DNA of 64,000 bases from Dictyostelium discoideum (Eukaryota). Positions within the stretch are counted from its first letter, which is position 1. Each line of letters starts with the position of its first letter. Below, piece after piece: positions 39,786-52,781 of the stretch. The notes under the pieces are model-generated. The model was not told where the DNA came from. It saw only the letters and a program-made list of their open reading frames with translations, and made no database searches. The stretch spans positions 992,001 through 1,056,000 of the forward strand of contig CM000155.2 in NCBI GenBank assembly GCA_000004695.1. The letters run 5' to 3'. A program made the position numbers and the translations under genes.

Positions 39786-39846
<61 letters not shown>
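39786..39846. repeat. Poly(dA) homopolymer of about 60 nt
   Basis: Direct read of the sequence. Confidence 0.95.
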
Positions 39847-39852
<6 letters not shown>

Positions 39853-40622
39853 TTCAATTACCAATTTGGTTTTTTTGAAAGAAATAAAACAATAAAAGAT
39901 TAATTTAAATTATTTAAAAATAGCTTAAAAATCGATATAATTTTATTTTTTTTATCTTTCCAATTTTTTCCAATATTTTCCAAGATTTTAAAAAATTAAT
40001 GGATTTTTACTATCTGAAAAAAAAAAATAGAAAACAAATAAAATCGATATATTCTTTATTTTTATTTTCATTTTTTATTTTTTACAGGATTTCCCAATAT
40101 TTTCCAAGATTTTAATGAATTTTACTAAAAGATTAATGGGTTTTACTGAAAAAAATAAAAATAAAAAAATTATTTATATAGAGGTAGTTGTGGTAGTGGT
40201 GAATATAAATAAAAACTTTATTTATTTTAAAAATGCAACAAACTCTGGAATTTAACCAAGCATTATAATTTGATTGAATGAATTACAAAATACCATTTCC
40301 TTTACAGATCTTGGAATTGTATTAAACTCTAAAAGATTATTATATGAACAACCCTGAATGAAGTATCTTTTCTGATGATGAAGGTAGAACCAGGCTATAA
40401 TGCCCTTATCAAATGAATCTCCAAATTTAATATTTCTAACACCTATTCAAAGAATTAGACCTGGTAGTATTGTTAAACTATCCATCAATAATGTTGTATC
40501 AGTTGTTGGTATTTTTGGTAGTTTTTCTTCATTTAATTGTAATGATTGGTTTGATATTATATTTGTGTTTGTTTTAGTAGTAGTGGTAGAAGTAGTTATT
40601 GTTGTTGTTGTTGTTGTTGTGA

Positions 40623-40696
40623 TTACAATAGTTGTGCTGTTGAAGTTGGTGATAATGGAATTGTTGGTGTATTTGATGTTGAAACTCCATCATCAC

Positions 40697-40760
<64 letters not shown>

Positions 40761-42397
40761 TTGTTGATTAAATTGATTAATTAATTGATTATGATCAGAT
40801 TGTTTTAAAGATTCGTATCTTATTTCAGCTTCAGCTTGTTCAAAGAAAGAATTTTCTTCACTGATTGCAGGAGTATGAAAAGATAAAAATTCCACCCACA
40901 ACTTTAGTAAACCAACACTTGAAGCACGTAAACAAAATATTCTTTCATGTGTAACGATTTCAAAACATTCGAAACCGCCACCACATTCACATTCTCTAAT
41001 GTAGGCATTAGATAATCTAATACCATTGATTGGAGAAGGATCTCTTGGTGAATCGTAATACCAAAGGACATGTTCGTTGGTGTCTCTAATTGCAAACCAT
41101 TTATAATTCCACTCTGGTTTACTTTTACTCTTTTTACCTAAATATCCACTGAATGTAATATTTCTAAAAATGTAAAATGTACCATCATCCTTGAAGAAAT
41201 CCTTTGCACCATTTGCTGTTGTTATATAACCCTTATTAAATATCTCTTGACATAGAGTCAATGATTCCATTCTAGTAATTGCAAATTTTTGACAATTTGC
41301 CAGCATCCAATCAACAGTTTCACAACCAAGAAAACAATCTTTAAATTTTTTTAAATAACTACTTCTATCCATTCTCTTTAATCCATTAATATCATTTTTC
41401 ATTGAATCGACAATTGAAAAAATCTATAAAAATAATAATATTGTTAATATATTTTAATTTTATATATTATTTATATATATCAATTATATTATATTACCTC
41501 ATCATCAGTAGCAATTGTATCTTTAAAACAATAAATGAAACTAGCTCCATCTCTAAATGGCTGATCACCCCAATAATGTCTAATTAATGATTGATCTAAT
41601 ATGTATTGACCTAACTGAACTGCTAATTGTCTATTTATACAAATACCATTATTAATTAACCAATCCACCATCTCTGTACCTGTAAATGATTGTTTATATG
41701 TATGAAATTTATAATATCTATCACGAACTGGTAATCCACTATTTGAATCCTTTAAAAATTGCATTAAATTATTAATCTAAAAAGAAAAAAAAAAATTATT
41801 TTGAAATAGATAATCAATTAATACCAATTTTTTTTTTTTTCTTTAACTTTAAAGTTTAAAATAAAACATACAGTTAATTTTTTTTGACTATAAGCTGCAA
41901 ATATAATAGTTTTATCATGTGATTGTAAAATTGAAGATAACCTTCTTATAAAAGAAAAACTATTCTTATTGAAATCCATTCTTGTTGGATCAAAATTTCT
42001 ACTATTAAAAGATGAAAAACTATTACTACTATTATTAAAATTATTATTATTATTACAATGGTTTTGGTAATCAAAGTCTGATTGTGGGTAAGATATTAAT
42101 TGTTGTTGATGTTGGTGTTGTTGGTGTTGTTGGTGTTGTTGGTGTTGTTGGTGTTGTTGGTGTTGGTGTTGTTTTTGCGGTATATCCAAATCTGGAATTT
42201 CATCATTTAAAATATTATCAATACTTTCAATTTCAGGTGGAGTATAAGGTAATCTAGCATCTCCAACGATATCATCTATATCCCCAATCTCATTATCATT
42301 TAAGATATTACCATCTAATAAATCCTTTAATTGATTGAATAATAAAACTGTCTCTTTATACTGCTCTTCATCCAATCCAAGTAGTGGTGATATAGGT

Positions 42398-42462
<65 letters not shown>

Positions 42463-43057
42463 TTCTTTATCATGTTTGATTAAATTTTCGCTATAAATTT
42501 CATTTCCATTTTCATGTTGAATTCGAATGGCTGGTTCCTCTTTATTTTCCTCTTTTTCTTTTTCTTCATAATCCAATTGCATTTCTATTTCTTTTTCTTT
42601 TTGTTTTTGTTTTTCCATTTGATACTCTGCTTGTTCTAAAGTTTCTTCTTCTAAATCATCTTCTATTTCTTGTTCTACAAGTATTTCCTTTTGATCATCG
42701 TTATTGTTAATATTATTATTTTCTTCATCTTCTGCATTGTATTCATTTTCAATTTCTTCTTCACTATAAATTGTTTCAATCTCTAAATTATTTTTTTGAT
42801 TATTATTATTGACATCATTCATATTATTATTATTACCATTACCATTTATAAAATTATTATTATTATGGTTGTTTAAAATTTCTGTTTCTTTGTGCTTTAT
42901 TTTAAAATGAGATTCATTTTCACTATCTGTACTTTTTTCATTCGCTATATCTTTATTATAACAATAACTTTCTTCATCTTTTTCCTCCTCTTCTTCATTA
43001 TCCTTTGCTATTTTACAATTTTCTATTGTTTCTCTATTTACCAAGATACCATTGTAA

Positions 43058-43101
<44 letters not shown>

Positions 43102-43332
43102 GTTATTATTATTATTATTATTACCATTGTTATTATTATTTTCTATTTTATTTGCAGGTCCTAATGATTTTGAATCTTCATCACTATTATTGTCAGTGGT
43201 ATTGGCTATTGCTATTGGTTGTATTGTGCCAGTTTCACCAGGAAATTGAGAATTTAATGCCTCTGTTAATTTTCTGTCCTCTTCTAGCTCATCATCAAAT
43301 ATTAATATGTTGCTTGTATTTCTAAAATTCAT
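40623..43332 (-). CDS. DEP-DEP-PH domain protein with a long poly-N / poly-QH N-terminal region; 3 exons: join(43332..41872, 41776..41498, 41423..40623)
   Basis: Exon 2 'INNLMQFLKDSNSGLPVRDRYYKFHTYKQSFTGTEMVDWLINNGICINRQLAVQLGQYILD' is a DEP domain. Exon 3 'LKRMDRSSYLKKFKDCFLGCETVDWMLANCQ..' is a second DEP domain plus a PH-like segment ('GYLGKKSKSKPEWNYKWFAIRDTNEHVLWYYDSP..'). Donors are GTATGT and GTAATA; acceptors are (T)nAG; all exons are phase 0. Confidence 0.7.
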
Positions 43333-43336
43333 TATT

Positions 43337-43369
<33 letters not shown>

Positions 43370-43871
43370 CAACTATTTAAATAATTTTTACTGATTTATT
43401 CATTTAGGTTTTATTTTTATTTTTATAATTATTATTATATTTATTATTAACTATGTTTAAATGTTTGTTATTGTTAAACCGCTATTATTTTCCAATATTT
43501 TTTTTTTTTTTGTTATTACTATAATTTTTTAAAAAAAAAAAAGAAAAAAAAAAAAAAAAAAAATATTATAAAAAAAAAATAATTTAAAAAATAATTAAAA
43601 AAAATAAAAAAATTTAAAAAAAAAATTAATTTGGATCACCCTTTTAAATTTTTTTTTTTTTTTTCAATACTAAAAATAAGCAATGATATTTTTTTTAAAA
43701 TTGAACAAGCAATATTTCTAGAATTTCCTTTAAAAGCAACAAACAGAAAAAAATAAAAAAAAAAAAAATTTATTGAGTTTTTAATTTATTGTAAACTAAT
43801 TAGTTTCCTAAAGAATTTGTTATTAATTTCTTGGCATTATTTTTTTTTTTTTTTTTTATTTCTTAAATTTT

Positions 43872-44746
43872 TTATTTACATTCAAGTCCACAAAAAATGA
43901 TTGAATATCCTGCAAATATTGAAAAAATAAAAATGGAAAAAAAAAAAAAAAAAAAAAAAAAGTAGAATATTAATATTATTATTTTTATTACTATTAAAAA
44001 AAAATAATAAAAATAACTTACTTGTTTTGTAATTACTTGATTTTTATCTAATTTCTTTGAGAATAACTCTTTTAATTTCTCTTTCATATCACTAAAACCT
44101 TCTATTAGAGCTCTTTGTTGAGTTGGTGGTAATGTTTTACTAAATACATCTTGACCCATTTCAAAAACATTAACAGGTTTATTATCAAGATTTTCATCTA
44201 CAGTTTTATTCTTTTTTTTTAAAGAGTTTTCATCTTTTTCAAATAAGAACTCAACTTTTTTATCTTTATAAATTTCTTTACACTTTAAACAACTACATAA
44301 CTCATCTTTCCATAACTCTTTACAAAATAAATCATACTTTTTGTTTGGAGTTATAACTCCACCTTCAACTTTACAAATACTATTACTATTATTACTATTA
44401 TTGTTATTATTATTATTATCACCAATTATGATATGATCATTTTCAATATAACATCTAATCTGTGGATATAATAAAAGGAATTGATTTTTTGATAAACAAT
44501 CAGCACAAATTAAATCTGAAAATTCACCAGGACTTGGAATATCTGTAACGTTTGAATTTAATTTTAAACAATTCTCGTGGAACCAATCTTCACAAAATAT
44601 ACATTGAATCATATCTTCTTTATAGTCATAAGGACTATCACAATAACAATATTTTCCTTTAAAATTATGATTATAATGATTTCTTTCATTTAAAATTTGA
44701 CTTTTATCATATGATCCAATATCAATATCATTTAAATGGTTATTAT

Positions 44747-44780
<34 letters not shown>

Positions 44781-45445
44781 AGTTGTAGTTGTATTATTAC
44801 TATTATTAATATTATTAACATTATTATTATCATCTTCTTTAAGAATTCCTGATAATTGACATTTAAAACTATTATTAGGTTCTTGAATTTTTGTACCACA
44901 ATCACATCTAAAATTCCTTTTATTAAATAACTCATAAACGTCATGATATAAATGACAATGCATTGAACATCCATAGCAAAATCCAAACTTTTAAAAAAAA
45001 AAAAAAAAATTAGATGATGATGATGATGATGATAATAATAACAATAATTGAATATTAAAATAGTTACTAATTTATCATTTGATAATTGACAAGTTTTACA
45101 AGCAAATACAGATTGATTAATATAACCTTTATCAAAAGTACAAATACTTTCATCACCCCAATCCTCTTGTTCTTGTTCTTTTGCTTCCTCTAATAAATTC
45201 TTTTCCTCTTCTAATTGATCATTCAATGCTTCTTGAATTGATATAATCTCATCATCTTTTCTACTTCTTTTACCTCCAATTATATTTGCTTGTGGTTGTG
45301 AAGTTGTGATAGTTGTAGTTGCGTTTGTGGTAGTTGAAGTTGTTGTTGATGGTGGTGGTGAAGGTGTTACTTCTGATGTTGTAATGATAGATTCAACATT
45401 TGAAGGTTCTTTTGGATTTGTATCTGTCACTTTCTCATTGTCCAT
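43872..45445 (-). CDS. UBR7-like putative E3 ubiquitin ligase (UBR-type zinc finger + PHD), 2 exons: join(45445..45068, 44987..43872)
   Basis: 'SVFACKTCQLSNDKL | FGFCYGCSMHCHLYHDVYELFNKRNFRCDCGTKI' and 'YCYCDSPYDYKEDMIQCIFCEDWFHENCL' are colinear with human UBR7 ('ALYACSTC..ICLACSYECHGSHKLFELYTKRNFRCDCG', 'YCICKRPYPDPEDEIPDEMIQCVVCEDWFH'). The donor GTAACT is atypical, so the exact junction is uncertain. Confidence 0.7.
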
Positions 45446-47002
45446 TTTTGTATCATTAATCCAAAAAAATAAATAAAAAAAAAAATGGAAAAATAAAAAA
45501 AAAATTAAAAAAAAATGAAAAAAAAAAAAAAAAAAAAAAATTCAAAATTAAAAAATTTCAAGGTGCAAATTAAAAGAATAAAAAATAATAATTAATTAAA
45601 AAGGATGAAAATCAAATTTGGTATGGATAAAAAAGGAAAATCAACATAAAAAAAAATAATAATAATAATAACAATTTTATTTTTTTAATTTGTATTATTT
45701 TTAAGTTATAAATAAAAACAAGAAAAAAAATTTTTTTAATATAAAAATAAATATTAATCTTTTTTTTTTTTTTTAAGTTGTAATCTAGATCGATTTTAAT
45801 ACCGGTAAGATTTTTATTTAGAAATTTTCGAATGGATCTAACTCACAACTTAGAAAAAAAAAAAGAGATAAAAAAAAAAAAAATAATAATAATAAATTTT
45901 ATAAAAAAAAAAAAAAAAAAAAGAGATAAAAAAAAAGAAATTAATTTCTTATTCCCAGTTTTATTTGATTTTTGATTTAAATCAAAAATTAAAAAAATAA
46001 AAAAAAATATCAAAGCATCCTTGTTTTTCAAACCTTTTTTTATTTTTGTTTTTAATTTTTTTTTTTTTTTTTTTTTTTATTTTTTTTTGAATTTTTTTGA
46101 ATTTTTTTTTTTTCACGCAAATTTTTTTTTTTTTTATTTATCAATTTAACCACACAAATAAATAAATAACATAAATAGATATAAAAAAAAAGTAAGATAA
46201 TCAACACCACATTCATTATTTAATTAAAAAACAATGTTATTTTGCTATAAATATAAGATAAATAAATAAAAAAAAAAATAATAATAATAAAATAATAATA
46301 TAAATAATAATTATAAAATAATAATAAAAGAATAATATTACTATTAAAATAATAATTATGTTATGTTAAATAAACTTTTTTTTTTATAAAACTTAAATTT
46401 TTAATAATTTCATCATTATTTTGATATACACAAACATGTGTACCTTTTATTTTTTTTTTATTTTTTTTTTTTTTTAGAAACACGATAGTGTAAACTTTAA
46501 ATAAAAAAAAAAAATTTTATAAAATATTTACAAAAAAACACCCCCACTAAATAAATATAAGAGGCAATTATAATTTAAATCACATGTATGTGAATACCAA
46601 TAATTACAAAGTTTGGGAAAAAAAATAAAATAAATAAAAATAAAAAATAAAATAAAAAAAAAAAAACAATAATAAAAACAACCACCTTTTCTTTTTCTCT
46701 CTTTTGTGTGGTTTTTTTTTTTTTTTATAAAAAATAAATAAATAATAAATAATAATAATAATAAAAATTTATTATTTATAAACACACATTATTCTTTTTT
46801 TTAATTTTATTTTTATTTATTTTTTTTTCTTTTTTTTTTTCTTTTTTTTTTTAATTAATTTTTTCAAAAATAAAAATAATTAAACACACCATATCTTAGT
46901 TTTTAAAATAATATATTACAAAACATGATTAATATTCTAACTAAATTTATTTACAACATTTATTAAATTATAAATCAAATCACAACTTTCATTGTTTCAT
47001 TT

Positions 47003-47036
<34 letters not shown>

Positions 47037-47809
47037 GGTTTTTATATTTTATATTTATCGATAAACCTGCATGGATAATAGTATCGTACATAATAGCAAA
47101 GTAATTCCATTCGACCTCAACTTCTATTAAACAAGAAAAAAAAAAACCAAACCACCAGAGAAAAAAAAAAAAAACCACCAAAAAAAAAAAAAACCCACCA
47201 AAAAAAAAAAAAAACAACTATCAGCACCTTACAATTATACATTCCCCATTTTTTTTTTTTAATTTCAAAAAAAGAATTTAGAACCATAAATTATAGTGTT
47301 TTATTCTTTTATAATCAAATTTTCAACAAAATCAAATTTATAAAGTACTCAGCCTAAAACGTAAGTTTAAAATTATTTCAATCACCAGTAAAAAAATAAA
47401 AAAAACTTATTTTTTTTTTTTGGTCAAAAAGTTTTTTCTGTTTTTTTTTTCATACATTCACACATTCACAAAAAAAAGAAAAAAAAGAAAAAAAAAAAAA
47501 AAAGTTTTTTAGAATTCACAATAATTTTGATTCGATTGTTATGTTAAAACAAATTTCTCAATTTTTTTCATTATTTTAATTTTTTTTTTTTTTTTAAATT
47601 TTTTTTTTTTTCATTTTTAATTAAATACCACGCAAACAAACAACACAAAATTTTTTTTTTTTTTTTATTTCATTTCATTTCATTTTTTTTTTTTTTTTTT
47701 AATTTACACAAACACAAACAAACCAGCAAATAAATAATTAATATATTTTTTTTTATATAAATAATACTTTTACATGGTATAAAAGAGATGTAATTAGGAC
47801 CAGGTAAAA

Positions 47810-48028
47810 ATGACAGGAATTCGAAGCGCACTACCAAATCCAGCCTCATTGGTTGAAAGTTCAACTCACAGATTTCTCATTTTCGATGCACCAAATGATG
47901 ATAATCTACCTTTATATATAAATGAATTAAAAAAATATAACGTCTCTCATTTAGTTAGAGCATGTGATCCAACATATTCAACTGAACCACTTCAAGCAAT
48001 TGGTATCCAAGTGCATGTAAGTTATTAA

Positions 48029-48076
<48 letters not shown>

Positions 48077-48608
48077 TATAGCTTTAGGATTATTATCAGC
48101 AAAAATTTAGCGGAGAAATGAATAAAATTTAGAGAAAAAGAAAAATAAAAAAATTATAAAATAGGGATAAATATTAATTAAAAATTTATTATAACATAAA
48201 ATATAAATAATAGGATATGCCATTTGCAGATGGTGGTTCTCCTCCTGATGCGGTTGTAAATAATTGGATTAAAATACTTGGGGAATCTTACAAGTAAGTT
48301 TTGTATTTTTATTTTTTTTTTTTTTTTTTTTTTTTTTTGTGTAATTTTAGAAATTGGATTTTAACATATTAACTTTTTTTATGAACATAATTAGAAAAGA
48401 TTCAAAAGAAACTATTGGTATTCATTGTGTTGCAGGACTTGGTAGAGCACCAGTTTTAGTGGCAATTGCATTGATTGAGGGTGGAATGAATCCACTTCAA
48501 GCAGTTGAATACATTCGTGAAAGAAGAAGAGGTTCAATTAATATTAAACAAATTCAATATCTTAAAAATTATAAAAGCAAAAAGAAATCTTCATGCAGAA
48601 TCATGTAA
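47810..48608 (+). CDS. PRL (PTP4A) family protein tyrosine phosphatase with a C-terminal CAAX box; join(47810..48016, 48214..48293, 48395..48608)
   Basis: '..RFLIFDAPNDDNLPLYINELKKYNVSHLVRACDPTY', 'DMPFADGGSPPD', 'IGIHCVAGLGRAPVLVAIALIEGGM...YIRERRRGSINIKQIQYL', ending '..SCRIM' (prenylation CAAX). Both donors are GTAAGT. The total is 501 nt = 166 aa, a typical PRL size. Confidence 0.85.
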
Positions 48609-49340
48609 ACGAATCTTTTATTTTATATATAATTTGAATGTTGAAAATAAATGCAATTTAATTTAAATGTGGAAAAAAAAAAAAAATAAAAAAATAAAAA
48701 AAAACCCAACAAAAATAAAAAAAAAACAGAAATAACGTAAATAAGATAATAAAAAAAATTTATTTTTAACTTTTTTTTAAAAAAAATATGTTATCACCTT
48801 TTCCTTTTATTTTCTTTGTTTTTTTTTTTACCATACATCATCTGTGATTATTTTTTTTTTAATCTTATTTTCTTATTTATTATTTATTTTTTATATTTTT
48901 TATATTTTTTAGTTATTATTTAAATTTTTAAGACACACAAAATATTAATATCATCCAATTCAATTTAGAAATTTCCATCTACCCAACATTATTTTATTTT
49001 TTTTTTTTAACTTTTTTTTTTTTTAATTTTTATTTTTTTTTTTAAATTATTTTTATTTTTTTATTTTTATTATTTTTTTTATTTTATTATTTTTTTATTT
49101 ATTTTATTATTATAATTGGTATTATTATTATTTTTTTTTTTTGGAAATATGGTTTATTTTAAAAAAAGTTAATTAAAATTAAAAAAATTAAAATTTAGGT
49201 AAATAAAAACAGGATATATAATAAATATGGACTTTTCACGAATACAATTATTTTTATTTTTATTTTTTTGTTTTTTTTTTTTTTTTTTAAAAATTTTTTT
49301 TCATTTTTTTTTTTTTTTTTTCAACTTTTTTTAAAAAATT

Positions 49341-49375
<35 letters not shown>

Positions 49376-49750
49376 CCTAAAAATCTAATTAACAGCTTTT
49401 TTTTTAACACCTTTTGTTATATAATAAATATTCATTGTATATAATAACTTTTTTTTTGTTTATTTAATAACAATTTCAAAAAAAAAAAAAAAAAAAAAAG
49501 AAAACATTTTTATTTTTAAAGAGCGAAGCATTAAAAAAAAAAATATAATAGAAAATATCATTTTTTTTTTTTTTTACACATTCAGTCATAATTTTAGTTA
49601 TATAACATAATACATATATATCAGTATTTCAATATATATATATAAAGACTTTAATAGAAATAAAAATTTTAGTTTTTTCAAAACATCAACACACCTTTTC
49701 AAAAGAACAACAACAACAATAACAGTATTTTAAATATAGTTAAAAGAAAA

Positions 49751-50111
49751 ATGTCAACAACAAGAGCAATTCCAGTATCTTTAAAGGATAGATCAGATAT
49801 CGATTTTTCAACATCATTAGGTGGCACTTTATATGGTACTACTCCAGGTGGCACAAAGATTGTTTATGATCGTAATGCCTTATTACAATATCGTAATTCA
49901 CCACTCTCAAAAACTCCACCACCACAATTAGCTCATATTACAAATACTGAATTAAACAAGAAAGTTGAAAAATCCACTACAACTCCAACTACTACAACTC
50001 CACCAACTACCACCGCTAAACCAAAACCAACTAACGACGATGGTAAGTTCATTTCATATTATTATTATTATTATATCTTTTTTTCTAAATTAATGGTTTT
50101 GTGTCATTCGA

Positions 50112-50153
<42 letters not shown>

Positions 50154-50269
50154 TTTTTTTCAATTTTTTTCAATTTTCTTTCCCTGGGCAACTAACTTTT
50201 TTTTTTATTATTTAAAAAAAATATTTAACTTGATTTTAAAAACCCATAGATATTTTCCCCATGGAATAA
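49751..50269 (+). CDS. eIF4E-binding protein (4E-BP) homolog; exon 1 49751..50042 is secure; a terminal micro-exon 50250..50269 is tentative
   Basis: 'RAIP..[37 protein letters not shown]' matches the 4E-BP family including the eIF4E-binding YxRxxLLxxR motif. Donor GTAAGT at 50043. The only downstream AG acceptors give a C-terminal '..DIFPME*'. Confidence 0.65.
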
Positions 50270-50307
50270 GGGGGGAAAAAAAAAAAAAAAAAGTAGTATT
50301 GTATAAA

Positions 50308-50354
<47 letters not shown>

Positions 50355-50473
50355 AATAAATAAATAAATAATACAAACAGACAATACAATGTAAATAATT
50401 AGTGTTATTATAATATTTTTAATAATAATAATAATAATAATACTAATATAATAATAATAAATAATAATAATAA

Positions 50474-50525
<52 letters not shown>

Positions 50526-50815
50526 TTATAATAATAAATAGTAACAATAGCATTGATACGATAAAATTATTTTCATCTTTATTTTTTTTATTTATTTTCT
50601 ATTTATTCTATTTCTTTTTTTTTGAGTTTCTCCCAAGTCTATTGATTTTCCAAACCTATTAGGTTTTTGTTTTTTTTTTTTTTTAATAAAATTATTTACA
50701 GTTCTTTATTATCAACTAATAACCTTTTTAGTTTTTTTTTTTAAGGTTACCTTTATTTAGTTTTTTTTTCCGCCCACATTTTTACGGATTTTAAATTTTT
50801 TTTTTATTGATATTG

Positions 50816-51690
50816 ATTAATCAGTGTTTATCCATTAAAGGAAATAGGCGATAATTAATTTTTATTTTTGAATTTTAAAATATAGTGTTGACATTATTAT
50901 ATATTTTTTTTTTTTTTTTTTTTTTTAAACATATCTCCAGTTTTAAATATGTTGATATTTAAAATTAAATAAATTAAAGAAATAAATCAAATAATAAAAT
51001 CGTAATTGGTTAGACCAAATGGTCAAAGGAGACTCTAAATACTCGGTAGATAGTTATCATATCTTTGGACTTATCGAGTACAAAAACCATGATGGCATGA
51101 AATCATAAAAATCCAGACCACCTGATGCAGACTTCTCCATCAGAAAGGCGACCAATTTCATGGTAGTAAAGACGAAATCAAAAGCAATGAATCAAAAATA
51201 AACAAACAAGGAGACAACAAGAAAAAGACCGACAGGCAACCTGACATCTGTTCCAAAGACACCTAATCTAACGCTGATGGTAGTACATCAAATGCAAAGG
51301 ATAAGAACGAGGAATAAAATAAACCCGATTAGCCAAAACAAAAAACAAAAAAATAAAATATCAACTTCAAAAAAATCTAAACCACAACAAACCAAATCAA
51401 ATGTGGACAGCGGATCCACATACAATCCAGATACTTCAAACAAAGACAACATTAATAAATCTAAAGCAACTTCAGAGGTATAAACCACAACTAAGGACAC
51501 TCTAACTGCGGTCACAGAAAAAAACAAAAGGAAAAAGCTCCAACTCAATCGCCTGCATACAACGATCCGATCTCACTGGTGACTGATAAGATTTGTTCTC
51601 GTTTTTGGTCAAGGTTGGGTCAGAGTGAAGATTGTTCTTGCTTACACATATATATATATAATCAATGTTTATCCATTAAAGGAAATATAC
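50816..51690. repeat. Direct copies of the motif 'TAATCA(G/A)TGTTTATCCATTAAAGGAAATA' at 50819 and 51661, bounding a GC-richer (about 40%) block
   Basis: The motif is shared with 21219-21260 (the element 3' of tRNA-Ile). The internal block 50990-51660 has a non-local composition. Only short ORFs are present (51277-51483 +) and they have no recognisable homology. Confidence 0.5.
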
Positions 51691-52126
51691 ATACGTTTCT
51701 ATATGGGAGGGTTTTGGATATGTAATATTTTACACATTTACATACACATTTAAAGTGTTCTTTGTGAATATAAGAATAGGTGTAATTCTGTTAAAAAATC
51801 TATTGTTTTTGTATCTAGTTCTTTGTTGACACCAATGTGTTCCATGATCTGTTTCAATGAATATTAGGGTTTTCAATTTGCTCGGTTTATAAATTCTAGT
51901 GTTTTCTTACAATTAAAGAAGGATGGACATAATCATCATTCCTTGCAAAGAGTGCAATGTTTATAATGGAGATAGTTTAATGGTAAGCATCTTGGGTGAA
52001 TCTAAACATTGTGTCTTTTGATTTTTGGATCTTTTTCGAACAATCCTTTAAAATATTTTATCAAATACAGAGCCTCCGAACATAGATGACAACAATAAAT
52101 CTAAAAAAACATCTTTCATTTTAAAC

Positions 52127-52137
52127 GGGAATCGAAC
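52127..52137 (-). promoter_or_regulatory. B-box consensus sequence GTTCGATTCCC: the displaced external B box of tRNA-Leu
   Basis: It matches GGTTCGANTCC. If the 18-bp-flanked 620-bp insert is removed, it lies about 33 nt downstream of the tRNA-Leu 3' end, the same spacing as at tRNA-Ile. Confidence 0.5.
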
Positions 52138-52143
52138 ATGCGA

Positions 52144-52161
52144 TTTATTCGGTTTTTATTC
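52144..52161. repeat. 18-bp direct repeat TTTATTCGGTTTTTATTC, copy 1 (candidate target-site duplication)
   Basis: Identical to 52782-52799; it abuts a T9 run (A9 on the gene strand). Confidence 0.8.
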
Positions 52162-52287
52162 TTTTTTTTTAGAAAATACAGATTATTTTATTAAATTATA
52201 TGTATGAGGATTTTTTTTTTTGAATTGGTATTATATGTATGAGGAGATTTATTACTATTTATAAATATTGAATTCGTTCCTCGGGAG

Positions 52288-52319
<32 letters not shown>

Positions 52320-52781
52320 AAATTATTTAGATTTTGGTACATTTTTCATAGAAACATGAATCTTTGACTTCAGAGGCATCGGTACCTTGGATTTCAACTT
52401 GGATACCAACACAGGCTTTACGTAAAGAGTCTTTTGATGAGGTGGCCATCATTTTCTTTTTAATGTTGGCGGTATCTGGGCACCAGGCAACAAAACAGAT
52501 TTTGCTCTTTTGGGCACCTTCTTCTTTGTATTGATAGTCGAGGACAACGTATCTACATTCGTTTTCTGGGAGACATTTGGTGAATTCATCGAATGAACAA
52601 CCAGCTGGTAAGGTGGAGTCAACAATGATTTCTTTTGAATCGTCAGAGATTCTGTAGATGATACCACCATATTTACGACCTAACTTTAAATCGTTGAAGG
52701 TTGAAACGCAGTTTGGAGCTAAAGCAATACCTGAAGACATTTTTTATATATAGTTTTTTATTTAGTTGAGTAAGTTCGGTT
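52162..52781 (-). mobile_element. Candidate retrotransposed gene copy: intronless cofilin with a 41-nt 5' leader and a 3' A-tail, bracketed by an 18-bp direct repeat
   Basis: Gene-strand order: TSD - 41 nt - ATG..cofilin CDS..TAA - A20 - about 120 nt with a duplicated 'TCCTCATACATATAAT'+A-run - A9 - TSD. Confidence 0.5.
52327..52740 (-). CDS. Cofilin (ADF-H family actin-depolymerising protein), 137 aa, intronless; corresponds to a Dictyostelium cofilin-1 (cofA/cofB type)
   Basis: 'MSSGIALAPNCVSTFNDLKLGRKYGGIIYRISDDSKEIIVDS...VKDSCFYEKCTKI' is a full-length ADF-H fold with the actin-binding helix 'KMMATSSKDSLRKA'. Confidence 0.9.
   Translation of the reverse strand: MSSGIALAPNCVSTFNDLKLGRKYGGIIYRISDDSKEIIVDSTLPAGCSFDEFTKCLPENECRYVVLDYQYKEEGAQKSKICFVAWCPDTANIKKKMMATSSKDSLRKACVGIQVEIQGTDASEVKDSCFYEKCTKI

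Noticed and set aside
39666-39857. 63-aa ORF (poly-F)
   Set aside because: It is the translation of the A60 homopolymer.
40400-40771. 123-aa plus-strand ORF
   Set aside because: It is antisense to the poly-N C-terminus and 3' end of the DEP-PH gene.
42892-43325. Three plus-strand ORFs
   Set aside because: They are antisense to the (AAT)n-rich exon 1 of the DEP-PH gene.
51277-51548. ORFs 51277-51483 (+) and 51288-51548 (-) in the GC-rich repeat block
   Set aside because: They are short and K-rich or hydrophobic, with no recognisable domain. They are more likely repeat-element sequence than a gene.
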